Shown here one piece after another: positions 8,419-18,210 of a DNA stretch of 64,000 nucleotides. The position numbers and the translations under genes are program-made. Where the stretch lies: assembly GCA_964562405.1 (NCBI GenBank), contig CAZLTC010000005.1, positions 3,381 to 67,380 of the forward strand, read 5' to 3'. Numbering within the stretch: position 1 is the stretch's first letter; each line of letters starts with the position of its first letter. This stretch comes from an uncultured bacterium (GTDB taxonomy: Bacteria > Joyebacterota > Joyebacteria > Joyebacterales > Joyebacteraceae). The notes under the pieces were generated by a model that did not search any database, was not told where the DNA came from, and worked only from the letters and a program-made list of their open reading frames with translations.

Positions 8419-10227
8419 GTGAAGCGCATTTGCATCATTGCGACGGTGGGAGTGTGCCTGGCGGGAATGTCCGCCGGGGAGGCTCTCCGGGCGGATGAGG
8501 GCATCCGGCCGCGGGGGCAGGTCGAGCGCCCGGCGGTTGGCTCCGCCACCCGCGTGGCTCGGGCCGTGCGTGTAGAGATGGACTCGGAACTCCGGGCCAC
8601 CCGGGTAGAGCGTGCGTCGGCCGCCGCGGACCCGGAGAGGCTGTGGGTCTTCTTCACCGACAAGGGGCTCGGGGAGCGCGGCGAGGGCGCCGCGATAGAC
8701 GCCTTCCGCTCCCGGCTCACCGAACGCGCTCTCTCTCGCCGTGCCAAGGTCGGCGCGCGCGTGAACGTGAACGACCTGCCCGTGGCCGAACCGTACGTGC
8801 GGGCCGTTGAGACTACAGGAGCAGCCATCGAGACGAGGAGCAGGTGGCTGAACGCGGTGTCGGTCGATGCCACGGCGGCGCAGGCTCACGCGATCCGGTC
8901 GCTTCCATTCGTGCGAGAGGTCAGGCGCGTCGCACGAGGCGTGAAGCGCGAGCCGCTCCCCGCGTCACCCCGCGGCCCCGCGGCGCTGGGCTCGAGGTCG
9001 CTCGACTACGGCCCCTCGTTCGGCCAGCTCGATCAGATAGGCGTGACCGCCCTTCACGACGACGGTTTCGACGGAACCGGCGTCTTCATCTGCATGCTCG
9101 ATACCGGCTTCGACACCGACCATCAGGTCTTCAGACATCTCGACATCGCTGCTGAGCGGGACTTCGTGAACGACGACGCGGAGACCGCCAACCAGCCGGG
9201 CGACCCCGAGGGGCAGGATTCGCACGGCACCTCCACGCTCTCCTGCGTGGGCGCGGAGTACCCCGGCGAGCTCTACGGCGGTGCCTACAACGCAACGTTC
9301 GCGCTGGCCAAGACCGAGATCGTCGACCAGGAGATCCAGGTCGAGGAAGACTACTGGGTGGAGGCCATCGAGTGGGCCGACAGCCTGGGCTCGGATATCG
9401 TGTCCAGCTCGCTCGGGTACTTCGACTGGTATGACTACTCCGACATGGATGGCGGGACGGCGGTGACAACGGTCGCGGCCGACATGGCGGCCGCACGCGG
9501 CATCGTTGTCGTGATCTCTATGGGCAACGAGGGCGGCGGCGAGTGGAGGTACATGATCGCGCCGGCGGACGGCGACAGCGTCATCTCGATCGGAGCGGTC
9601 GACGCCGACGGCGACAGGGTGTGGTTCAGCTCGGTGGGCCCGACGTACGACGGAAGGATCAAGCCCGACGTCATGGCGCAGGGCCTCTACGTCCACGTGG
9701 CCACCACAGCGGACACCGCGTCATACGCCGAGTCCAGCGGGACATCCTTCTCGTGCCCGCTGACGGCTTCGGCTGTCGGGCTCCTGCTGCAGGGCCATCC
9801 GGATTGGGGGCCGGCCGACGTGATGGACGCGCTCCACGCGACGGCCTCCCAGAGCACGTCGCCCGACACGCTCATGGGTTGGGGAATCCTCGACGCGTAC
9901 GCGGCCATGTACATCGAGCCGCTGGCGGTGGAGGAGGCCGATGCTCCGTCCGGGGGGAGGCTTGTCTGGAGCCGATCAAACCCTGCGACCGTCGGAGCGC
10001 GGGTCGCGTTCACCGTCTTTGAGCCGTCTGTCGTGACCGTGACGCTCTTCGACCCATCCGGACGTCTCGTCCGGACACTTGCTGACGGCTTCATGACGCC
10101 CGGAACCTACGATGTCCGCTGGGATGGGCGAACCGAGGGCGGCGGTCACGCCGCGAGTGGAGTCTACTTCCTGAAGATGACGGCTGGAGGCGTCACGTCC
10201 CGCTCCAAGATGGCCTTCCTTCGATGA
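8419..10227 (+). CDS. Secreted subtilisin-family (S8) serine protease with a C-terminal T9SS-type / FlgD-Ig-like sorting domain
   Basis: GTG start after GGAGG; signal peptide MKRICIIATVGVCLAGMSAGEA. Catalytic triad motifs DTGFDTDH, HGTSTLSCVGA, GTSFSCPLTASAVGLL. C-terminus ...VVTVTLFDPSGRLVRTLADGFMTPGTYDVRWDGRTEGGGHAASGVYFLKMTAGGVTSRSKMAFLR fits the T9SS CTD pattern. Confidence 0.85.
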   Translation: MKRICIIATVGVCLAGMSAGEALRADEGIRPRGQVERPAVGSATRVARAVRVEMDSELRATRVERASAAADPERLWVFFTDKGLGERGEGAAIDAFRSRLTERALSRRAKVGARVNVNDLPVAEPYVRAVETTGAAIETRSRWLNAVSVDATAAQAHAIRSLPFVREVRRVARGVKREPLPASPRGPAALGSRSLDYGPSFGQLDQIGVTALHDDGFDGTGVFICMLDTGFDTDHQVFRHLDIAAERDFVNDDAETANQPGDPEGQDSHGTSTLSCVGAEYPGELYGGAYNATFALAKTEIVDQEIQVEEDYWVEAIEWADSLGSDIVSSSLGYFDWYDYSDMDGGTAVTTVAADMAAARGIVVVISMGNEGGGEWRYMIAPADGDSVISIGAVDADGDRVWFSSVGPTYDGRIKPDVMAQGLYVHVATTADTASYAESSGTSFSCPLTASAVGLLLQGHPDWGPADVMDALHATASQSTSPDTLMGWGILDAYAAMYIEPLAVEEADAPSGGRLVWSRSNPATVGARVAFTVFEPSVVTVTLFDPSGRLVRTLADGFMTPGTYDVRWDGRTEGGGHAASGVYFLKMTAGGVTSRSKMAFLR

Positions 10228-10420
10228 CCCGGTGATGATGTACCGCCGGGCAGTCCGCTCTTGACACCCCACGTTCCCTCCCACAGAATGCGAGAAATCT
10301 GGGTAATTGTGTCCATGCCACGACGCGGACGGTCCCGGCCGCGCGCGCGAACTGCGCGGCGCGGCGAGCCTCGGCTCCGCCGACAGGGATCGACGATACG
10401 GCCAACCGGAGGTGCTTCGA

Positions 10421-13204
10421 ATGTCATCACGAGGACGCTGGCGCACGGGTCGCCCCGTGGCCGCCGTCGCGGTATGCCTGCTTCTGATCGCGGCGCTCGC
10501 GGTGGCGCAGTCCTTCACGAGCGAGGACCTCGAGCTTCTGAAGAGCCTCTCCCCCGAACAGAGGGCCGAGCTCTTGAAGGCGTACGGTGCCGCTCCGGCC
10601 GCCGACCAGCAGGCACGGGACGTGAGCACGCCGGACGTCGTCGAGCCCCGGCAGCCGGAGCAGAGCACGACGGAGAGAGAGCTTCTGGAAGAGCAGGAGG
10701 CGTCACGGGCCGAAGAGGTGGCGGAGCCTTCTCAGGCCGAACCGATGGCCGACGGCGCCATCGAGATCAGGAGCGCCTTCAGGAACTTCCTTCAGGAGTC
10801 GCGCGCTGTAGAGGTCGACCAGGATCTCGAGCAGTTCGGGTACGACCTCTTCGCGGGAGCGCCTACCACGTTCGCTCCGGCTACCGACGTGCCTGTCAGT
10901 TCAGACTACATCATTGGTCCCGGCGACGAGATACACGTCCAGCTGTACGGCAAGAGCAATCTGACGACTGACCTCACCGTCGATCGCGACGGCGTGATCT
11001 CCTTTCCGGAGATCGGGCCTCTCACGATCGCAGGCCTCACGTTTCAGGAGATGAAGGACCTCGTCGGCCGCGAGGTGGAAGAGCGCACGATCGGAGTTGA
11101 CGTCAGCGTGTCGATGGGGCGCCTTCGCTCCATCAGGGTGTTCGTGCTCGGCGAGGTCTTCCGCCCGGGCAGCTACACGGTGAGCGGTCTCTCGACGCTG
11201 ACCAACGCGCTCTTCACGAGCGGCGGAGTTCAGAAGATAGGCAGCCTCCGGCACGTGCAGCTGAAGCGCTCGGGTGAGGTCGTCAGCGAGATGGACCTCT
11301 ACGACCTTCTGATACGAGGGGACACCTCCTCGGATGTCAGGCTCATGCCGGGTGATGTGATCTTCATTCCGCCCGTGGGACCGCTGGTCGGAGTCGCCGG
11401 CGAGGTTCTCCGTCCCGCCATATACGAGATGAGCGGGCCCATGACGGCCAGGCAGCTGATCGAGCTGGCCGGCGGGTTGAGGCCGACCGCGTACCGCGAT
11501 CTCGTGCAGCTCGAACGCATCGAGGACGGGCGGCGTGTCACGTACGACATGAGCGCAGAGGGCTCGAAGGAGTGGCCGCTGCAGAACGGCGACCTTCTGA
11601 AGGTGTTCTCCATTACTGACCAGGATGAGCGCGCGATCTTCCTGGAGGGCAACGTCGTGCGGCCCGGCAAGCGCCAGTACTTCGAGGGCATGAGACTCCT
11701 GGACGTGATCCAGTCGCCGGACGACCTGCTCCCGGAGACGTACTTCTCGTATGGGCTGATCGAGCGCGAGAATGAGCTGAACCGGGAGCCGGAGTACGTC
11801 GGCTTCGACCTGCGCCAAGCGCTAATCGACGGTCGCGAGGAAGCAAACGTATTGCTCAAGCCGCGCGACAGGATCTACGTGTTCCACCGCGCGCACTTCC
11901 GAGAGGCTCCGCACGTGCGGGCGCTGGGAGAGGTGAGGTCGCCCGGGGACTTCGAATACAGAAAGGACATGCGTGTTCTCGATCTCATCTTGGCCGCCGG
12001 CGGGCTCACGAGGGACGCGTGGATGCCGACCGCCGAGCTCATGCGCACCGACCCTGCGACGCTCGATGTGGAGAGAATACAGATAGACCTGACGCGTGTG
12101 CTGGCGGATGAGGAGTCGAGCAATGTTCTCCTGAGAGACCTGGATGAGCTCGTGGTCCACTCCGTCTGGGAGTTCCGCGCGCACGACCAGGTCCAGGTCC
12201 TGGGGGAAGTTAACAAGCCGGGCAAGTACCCCCTCTACGAGGGCATGCGCATCTCGGATCTGATCTTCTCGGGCGGCAGCCTCAAGGAGTCGGCATACAG
12301 GCATGAGGCCGAGTTGACCAGATACTCGATCGTCGACGGCGAGAGACGTGAGCTCAAGCAGGTCGTCGTGGACCTGGCGGCGGTCATTGCCGGTTCCGAG
12401 GAAGCGGATCTCGTGCTGCGACCGTACGACAGGCTGCTCGTCCGCAGGATCAGCAACTGGAGGGGCGACGAGGTCGTGGAGGTGACCGGCGAGGTGGTCT
12501 TCCCCGGGGGCTACCCCATAGAGGACGGCGAGAAGCTGTCGCACCTGATCGCGCGATTCGGGGGGTTCCTGAACGACGCGTATCTCCCGGCAGCCGTCTT
12601 CACGCGCGAGGCGGTCCGGTTGCGCCAGAACGAGCAGTTGACCCGGATGGCGGACCAACTGGAGGCCGACCTCTCGAGACTTGCCGTATCGAGCTCGCGC
12701 GATCCATCCTCCGCCGCGACCGCGCAGCGTCAGGAGGCCGTAGAGGCCGGCAATCAGCTCGTGTCGGAGCTGCGCTCGACGCCGGCGACCGGCCGAATGG
12801 TGATCTCGCTCGAGGATGTTCGGGACAAACCGGACGACTACGACATTGTGCTCGTCGACGGCGACGTCCTTCATGTGCCGAGGCGGCCGGACTTCGTGAT
12901 GGTCATGGGGCAGGTCAACAACCCAACGGCGTTCGTCTACGACGAAGGGAAACGCGTCCGGCACTACGTCCGTCTCGCCGGTGGTAAGACGCGGTTCGGC
13001 GACCTCGGCAAGACGTACGTGGTCAGAGCCGACGGGTCGGTCGAGCGCAGCCGCTGGGCCAAGCTGAAACCCGGCGATGTGGTCGTCGTTCCGGAGACGC
13101 TCGAGCGGTTCGCAGGCATGCAGTTCCTGCTGGACATTAGCCAGGTCCTTTATCACATCGGGATCGCCGCGGCCAGTGCCTACACTGTCGGGGTGTTCAA
13201 ATAG
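10421..13204 (+). CDS. Polysaccharide export protein, Wza/GumB/KpsD-like with multiple SLBB repeats (927 aa)
   Basis: ATG 10421 after GGAGG; signal peptide MSSRGRWRTGRPVAAVAVCLLLIAALAVAQS. Poly_export motif IGPGDEIHVQLYGKSNLTTDLTVDRDGVISFPEIGPLTIAGLTFQEMKD, then at least 5 repeats of the PGDxI/V...G.V..PG.Y type (soluble ligand-binding beta-grasp). Confidence 0.85.
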   Translation: MSSRGRWRTGRPVAAVAVCLLLIAALAVAQSFTSEDLELLKSLSPEQRAELLKAYGAAPAADQQARDVSTPDVVEPRQPEQSTTERELLEEQEASRAEEVAEPSQAEPMADGAIEIRSAFRNFLQESRAVEVDQDLEQFGYDLFAGAPTTFAPATDVPVSSDYIIGPGDEIHVQLYGKSNLTTDLTVDRDGVISFPEIGPLTIAGLTFQEMKDLVGREVEERTIGVDVSVSMGRLRSIRVFVLGEVFRPGSYTVSGLSTLTNALFTSGGVQKIGSLRHVQLKRSGEVVSEMDLYDLLIRGDTSSDVRLMPGDVIFIPPVGPLVGVAGEVLRPAIYEMSGPMTARQLIELAGGLRPTAYRDLVQLERIEDGRRVTYDMSAEGSKEWPLQNGDLLKVFSITDQDERAIFLEGNVVRPGKRQYFEGMRLLDVIQSPDDLLPETYFSYGLIERENELNREPEYVGFDLRQALIDGREEANVLLKPRDRIYVFHRAHFREAPHVRALGEVRSPGDFEYRKDMRVLDLILAAGGLTRDAWMPTAELMRTDPATLDVERIQIDLTRVLADEESSNVLLRDLDELVVHSVWEFRAHDQVQVLGEVNKPGKYPLYEGMRISDLIFSGGSLKESAYRHEAELTRYSIVDGERRELKQVVVDLAAVIAGSEEADLVLRPYDRLLVRRISNWRGDEVVEVTGEVVFPGGYPIEDGEKLSHLIARFGGFLNDAYLPAAVFTREAVRLRQNEQLTRMADQLEADLSRLAVSSSRDPSSAATAQRQEAVEAGNQLVSELRSTPATGRMVISLEDVRDKPDDYDIVLVDGDVLHVPRRPDFVMVMGQVNNPTAFVYDEGKRVRHYVRLAGGKTRFGDLGKTYVVRADGSVERSRWAKLKPGDVVVVPETLERFAGMQFLLDISQVLYHIGIAAASAYTVGVFK

Positions 13205-13214
13205 GGGGTCGGCG

Positions 13215-14048
13215 ATGCGCGAGTTCCTCTCGCTGCTCTGGCACCACAGGACACGCCTCGTGGCGACATGGGCGGTCGTGATGGTCGTGGCACTCGTGCG
13301 CCTCTTGACCATGGCCGACGTCTACACCTCGAGCGTGCTCTTGACACCGCTGCCGCTCGAACAGGTGGAGGAGAGTTCACAGTCCGGTATCGGAGGCGGC
13401 ACCGTTCGCAGTCTGCTCGGAAAGGGCTCGTCGCGTGACGAGTTTGCCGTCGTGGCGTTCATGCAGTCCCGCCAGCTGTTGAGCCGTGTGGTCGATGAGC
13501 TGGACCTCACGAAGAAGCTGTTCCCCGGACGGTGGGACGAGCAGAGCAAGAAGTGGCGGGGATCGCGGGGGGGGGAGCCGACCGACGGACAAGCGCGGCG
13601 GGCGCTGGACAGCAAGGTCGACGTTTCTTACGACGAGTTCACGGGTCTCATGGTGCTCGAGGTCAACTGGGAGGACGCCGACGTCGCATACAGGGTGGCC
13701 TCCGCCTTCGTGTCCGTGTCCGACCGCATGCTCCGTGAGGCCGCCGTGGAAGAGGGTGAACGCCGGGTCGCCGAACTCGAGCGGGAGTTGAGCGTCGCCA
13801 CGGTTGGCGACATAGACGTCTACCTCGCCGAGGAGCTGACGCGCGTCATCTCGTCTCTGGCCTCGATACGCGCCAAGGCGAACTACGGTTTCAGAGTCAT
13901 AGATCCTCCCACTCTTCCCGACAGGAGATCGTGGCCCCCCCGTTTCTTGCTCCTGGTGATAGTGGGCATCGTGACCGCTTCGATCGAGGTTGGTGTGCTT
14001 GCCGGCGTGTATCTTCGACTCGGTTCTAGCCACGGCGACTCGGCCTGA
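13215..14048 (+). CDS. Polysaccharide co-polymerase / chain-length determinant (Wzz-like, no kinase domain)
   Basis: ATG 13215 after AGGGGG. N-terminal TM (LVATWAVVMVVALVRLL), periplasmic coiled region (EEGERRVAELERELSV...), C-terminal TM (FLLLVIVGIVTASIEVGVLAGVYL). First gene after the exporter. Confidence 0.65.
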   Translation: MREFLSLLWHHRTRLVATWAVVMVVALVRLLTMADVYTSSVLLTPLPLEQVEESSQSGIGGGTVRSLLGKGSSRDEFAVVAFMQSRQLLSRVVDELDLTKKLFPGRWDEQSKKWRGSRGGEPTDGQARRALDSKVDVSYDEFTGLMVLEVNWEDADVAYRVASAFVSVSDRMLREAAVEEGERRVAELERELSVATVGDIDVYLAEELTRVISSLASIRAKANYGFRVIDPPTLPDRRSWPPRFLLLVIVGIVTASIEVGVLAGVYLRLGSSHGDSA

Positions 14049-14105
14049 GCACTATTGTGCGGCGGCTGATCCATCTCTTGCTCCTCACCGGAGGATGAAG
14101 TCGCG

Positions 14106-15479
14106 ATGCCAGGGGGCGCTAGAGACACGGCGACGGCACTTGCCGGTAAGCTCGGAGTGCTCGTCCTCGGACTGGCGGTGCAAAGCTCACTCGCGTGGGT
14201 GCTCGGTCCCGATGGCAGAGGTTCCTACGCAGTCTGCCTGCTCTTCGCGATCGTCCTGAGCACTCTCTTCTCATTCGGCGTCGACCGTGCGGGCCAATAC
14301 TTCTCTGCATCGGGCAGACTAGAGCCTAATCGCAGTGTTCGCGCAATGATCTTCCTTCTTCTGATCGGATCGTTGCTCGCGGTTGGTGTTGGGTGGGCAC
14401 TGCTCTCTTCAGGCCTGACCTTCTTCCGGAAGGCGGATCACTCATCCTTCCTTGTGGCGCTTGGTATCATCCCGTTGGTCTCCGTTCAGAACGCTCTCCT
14501 CATGGTACTTGGAGGGATGCGTCGCATCGCCTTCATGGCCATCGTCTCCGTGTCAAGCGTAGCCGTACAACTGGCCGCCGCGCTCGTGCTGGTTCTGGGG
14601 TTGAGGCAGGGCGTGAATGGCGCACTATGGTCTGTCATCATTGCCGGAGTCGTCACCGTAGCGGTGACGCTTCACTACATGAGACGCACGGGCTGGCTGA
14701 CGGTCTGTGGCACGGCCTGGCGCGACGCTGGCAGGCTCCTTTCGTACGGACTCAAGTACTACGTTGCCAAGCTGTCGACGGTAGTTCACTTTCGCGTGGG
14801 AACTCTGGCGCTGGCGTTCTTCGTCAGCCCGCACGAGATCGGCCTCTTCGCGGCAGCATCGCAACTCGTTGCCAGACTCACGTTCGTGTCTCAGGCAGTC
14901 GAGACCGCCATCTTCTCCAGGATTGCCATTGACAGCGCTGGTCGTCCTGCGCTTGTTGCGCAGTCCGCGCGCGTCACAATGTACATTGTAGGTGTCCTGC
15001 TATGTCTGCTGCTCGCGCTCAGCTGGCCCATAGTCGCAATCGTCCTCTCTCCAGAGTTCCTTCCGGGTGTTCCACTGGTCTGGATCGTGGCACCGGGGAT
15101 TCTCGTGCGTTCGGGATCGAACGTCCTGATGACGTTCTTCATGGCGACGAACCGGCCGGGCATATGTTCCTGGGCCGTAGGCACGGGAACGGTAGTTGAT
15201 GTGGCCGCCATCGTGCTCATGCTCCCCATGCTCGGCCTGTCGGCTGCGGCCTGGGCCCTGACCCTCGGATACGTCTCCAGTGGAGCGATATTGGTTGCTT
15301 CATTCCACCGCACGACCGGGATCGCGCTTACGGATGCGTGGCGCCCCAGGAGAGAGGATGTGAAAGCTCTGAGGGATGCGCTGAGGACCGTGTTGTCATC
15401 TCTGAAGCTCCGGGTACCGCTCGACTCCCAGGCGGCGTCCCGCCGGGACCGCACTGTGGGATCGAGGAGGGAACAATGA
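14106..15479 (+). CDS. wzx: Wzx-type oligosaccharide flippase (MOP superfamily polysaccharide biosynthesis protein)
   Basis: 457 aa, about 12 TM. N-terminus ALAGKLGVLVLGLAVQSSLAWVLGPDGRGSYAVCLLFAIVLSTLFSFGVDRAGQYF is characteristic of Wzx/RfbX. RBS GGAGG. Confidence 0.8.
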   Translation: MPGGARDTATALAGKLGVLVLGLAVQSSLAWVLGPDGRGSYAVCLLFAIVLSTLFSFGVDRAGQYFSASGRLEPNRSVRAMIFLLLIGSLLAVGVGWALLSSGLTFFRKADHSSFLVALGIIPLVSVQNALLMVLGGMRRIAFMAIVSVSSVAVQLAAALVLVLGLRQGVNGALWSVIIAGVVTVAVTLHYMRRTGWLTVCGTAWRDAGRLLSYGLKYYVAKLSTVVHFRVGTLALAFFVSPHEIGLFAAASQLVARLTFVSQAVETAIFSRIAIDSAGRPALVAQSARVTMYIVGVLLCLLLALSWPIVAIVLSPEFLPGVPLVWIVAPGILVRSGSNVLMTFFMATNRPGICSWAVGTGTVVDVAAIVLMLPMLGLSAAAWALTLGYVSSGAILVASFHRTTGIALTDAWRPRREDVKALRDALRTVLSSLKLRVPLDSQAASRRDRTVGSRREQ

Positions 15480-17137
15480 AAGCCAGGGCGGTCGTGGTGG
15501 GTCTCGATGGCGGAAGCTGGGGAGTGCTGGACGGCTTCGTGCGGGCAGGGCACATGCCGAACTTGGAGCGGCTGATCGAACGAGGTCGCAGGTCGACGCT
15601 CCGGTCGACCACCCCACCCATTACGCCCGTGGCGTGGGCCAGCTTTGCCACCGGGATGGAACCTGGCGGACACGGCGTGTTCGGATTCGGGTCGCAGCGC
15701 GCAGCGCCTGGGTCCTACATGCCACCGCCTGCGCGGCGCGATACAATAGCAGCGCCTACTCTCTGGCGTCGTCTGACCGAAGAGGGGATGGTCTCGATCG
15801 TCCTTAATGTCCCGCTCACCTATCCGCCCGAACCGATTCGCGGGTCTCTCGTGACGGGCATGTTCACCCCGGGGCTGCAGTCCGACTGCACCTACCCTCC
15901 TGAACTCAAGGGTGTGCTCAGCGAGCGCGATAGCATGCCGCGCTTCAACACTCGGGCCGCGGCGGGGCTCAGGGCGGCACTCGAAGCCGGGAGTCACGAC
16001 GCGATTCGCAGAGCGAAACTGGACTACCTCTCCGACCTGGACGACATGACGGAGCATTTGGTCCGCGCGCTTCGTTATTTGGGCAGCGGGGAGTTCGATC
16101 TTATGGCGGCGGTCTTCGTTGCCACCGACAGAGTGCAACACTGGATGTGGGACGAGGTGCTGGCGGCTGCGACTGGTGAATGTGACGAGATAGGAACGCG
16201 CATCTGTGAGCTCTACCGCAACGTGGACAAGGGCATCGGAGTCGCCACGGAACTTGCGGGGGAAGACGGAGCCATCTTCTTGATGTCAGATCATGGGTTC
16301 GGCTCATGTGCAGGGCAGTTCGCCGTGAACGCGGTTCTCGTGGACCGGGGGTACGCGGCTGCACGGAGGCAACGTCTGCTTCCCAAGGTGAAGCGGATGC
16401 TCAGGCGAGCCGCGGTCCCGAATCGCCTGCGACGAAAGGTATCCCTGAGCAAGATTGGTCAGCGGGCAGTTGGTGCCATGGATGCTCTCGACTGGGCCAG
16501 AACCAGTGCCTACTTCGTTCCAGGAACCAACGGCGTTAGAATCAACGTGCGGGGGAGAGAGGTCAACGGGATCATCAAGCCGGGAGCGGAGTATGAGCGA
16601 CTCAGGATCGAACTGCGCGACATTCTGACAGAGGCTGCTGATCCCGAGACCGGAGCCCGTCCCATAGAGCGCGTACAACTGCGAGAGCACGTGTATGATG
16701 GAGAGCTTGTCCAGTGGGCCCCGGATCTGATACTCCTCCCCGGCGAAGAGCGCGGCTATGTCCTTGCAGCCGGAGATCCCGGCGCCGACGGTCCCATTAC
16801 GCACCCCCCTCACAGTCGCGGAAGCCACAGACAGAGTGGGATCTTTCTGGCGCACGGACCCGGGATCGGAGAGGGCGTGGCGAACGCCGAGGTTGCGATT
16901 TGCGACGTGGCTCCAACCATAATGAAGTGGCTGGGGGTTCCCGTTCGCGACCACATGGATGGCGTTCCTCTCGATGCCGTGGCTTCTCCGGTGAGAGTTG
17001 GTCGGTCTGCTGAACCGCACACGTTCCCAGGAGCGGCAGCCGGCCGGAGCGGCGAAGCGGCGGGTGATGGGAAGTACACAAGGACGGAAGAGGAGATAAT
17101 CCGCCGCAGGCTGGAGGATCTTGGTTATCTGAGCTGA
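15476..17137 (+). CDS. Alkaline-phosphatase-superfamily type I phosphodiesterase/nucleotide pyrophosphatase-like protein
   Basis: ATGA overlap with the wzx stop. MKARAVVVGLDGGSWGVLDGFVRAGHMPNLERLIERG...TTPPITPVAWASFATG is the metal-ligand region of the PF01663-type AlkP core (recognised from memory of the family). Confidence 0.65.
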   Translation: MKARAVVVGLDGGSWGVLDGFVRAGHMPNLERLIERGRRSTLRSTTPPITPVAWASFATGMEPGGHGVFGFGSQRAAPGSYMPPPARRDTIAAPTLWRRLTEEGMVSIVLNVPLTYPPEPIRGSLVTGMFTPGLQSDCTYPPELKGVLSERDSMPRFNTRAAAGLRAALEAGSHDAIRRAKLDYLSDLDDMTEHLVRALRYLGSGEFDLMAAVFVATDRVQHWMWDEVLAAATGECDEIGTRICELYRNVDKGIGVATELAGEDGAIFLMSDHGFGSCAGQFAVNAVLVDRGYAAARRQRLLPKVKRMLRRAAVPNRLRRKVSLSKIGQRAVGAMDALDWARTSAYFVPGTNGVRINVRGREVNGIIKPGAEYERLRIELRDILTEAADPETGARPIERVQLREHVYDGELVQWAPDLILLPGEERGYVLAAGDPGADGPITHPPHSRGSHRQSGIFLAHGPGIGEGVANAEVAICDVAPTIMKWLGVPVRDHMDGVPLDAVASPVRVGRSAEPHTFPGAAAGRSGEAAGDGKYTRTEEEIIRRRLEDLGYLS

Positions 17138-17205
17138 TCGGCCGTACCGCATCTGCACCAGGAGGGCACACGAGTTCGAGACTCCGAGTCGCGTTCGTCG
17201 GCGAT

Positions 17206-18210
17206 GTGAATCTCAGCATGCCACTTGAGGCTTGGCTGGAGGCCCGGGTTCCCGATCTTCACAGCGCCCTGGCCGCGGATCTTGTTGTCGGGAATTTCGA
17301 GGCCTGCGTCTCGGGCGCCCCGAATGCATCACCGGAGGATGCCAAGATCTGCCTGGAAACGGAACGCGCGGCAGTCCTGAAACTGCGTGAGGTGGGGGTC
17401 GACTTCGTTTCTGTGGCGAACAATCACGTGGGGGACTTCGGTCAAGCCGGGGCCAGGCACACAATAGACGTTCTGCAGGATATCTTTGGAGAGGATCATA
17501 TCTTCGGTTGGCGTGGCAAGCCCAGCGCGCTCTTGGCGCCGGGGCTTCGGGTCGTCGGGGCCTGCTTCCCAGAGACGAACCCGCTCCTTCAGGAGTACCA
17601 GTACGGACCCAGTTGTCCGGGATCGTCCGACGACGGCCTGGGTGACAGCATGAGGTCTGGCGAGGAGCTGGTCGCATTCGTCCACTGGGGAGAGGAACAC
17701 ATAGCCGCGCCGTGTCCCGAGCTTCAGGAGAGGGCGCGGACGATGCTCACCAATGGCGCGACTCACGTCATCGGTTCACACAGCCACGTCACCGGGATGG
17801 CCGAGCGGGTGGGCCGCTCTGTTGTGTTCTACTCGCTTGGCAACTTCATCTTCGGCCAAGTGGCGAGTCATCGAAGGCGTCAGCTTGCGCGGAACAAACG
17901 GAGCATCGTCCCTGTCTTCATCTGGGACGGCAAGAGCCTGGAGTATGAGGGGTATTGGAGGAGCCGTTACGACGGCTCATTCGCGGTGGAGTTCTCCGCC
18001 TTCTCTCCTCGCCTTCCTCGCCAGTCTTGGCGCGGCTGCCTGCTTCGAGCGCCGCTTCCTCTGCGACGGCTTGTGTATGAACGTATACTGGCGACACGGT
18101 GGGTCTGGCTTTCGATAGGTCGACTTCTGGAAGGAGTGGAGAGGCCCGGTCTCAACAAGGTGAAGACCATGTGGCGCATGGTGGTGCTCCACGCGTCCGG
18201 GCGAACGTGA
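17206..18210 (+). CDS. capA: CapA/PgsA-family metallophosphatase-like capsule synthesis protein (start uncertain; a conserved N-terminal motif lies upstream of the first start codon)
   Basis: LVVGNFE, VSVANNHVGDFG, GSHSHV, YSLGNFIFGQ are PGA_cap signature motifs. The in-frame upstream codons encode RVAFVGDVNLS with no ATG/GTG/TTG between the upstream stop and 17206. Confidence 0.6.
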   Translation: MNLSMPLEAWLEARVPDLHSALAADLVVGNFEACVSGAPNASPEDAKICLETERAAVLKLREVGVDFVSVANNHVGDFGQAGARHTIDVLQDIFGEDHIFGWRGKPSALLAPGLRVVGACFPETNPLLQEYQYGPSCPGSSDDGLGDSMRSGEELVAFVHWGEEHIAAPCPELQERARTMLTNGATHVIGSHSHVTGMAERVGRSVVFYSLGNFIFGQVASHRRRQLARNKRSIVPVFIWDGKSLEYEGYWRSRYDGSFAVEFSAFSPRLPRQSWRGCLLRAPLPLRRLVYERILATRWVWLSIGRLLEGVERPGLNKVKTMWRMVVLHASGRT

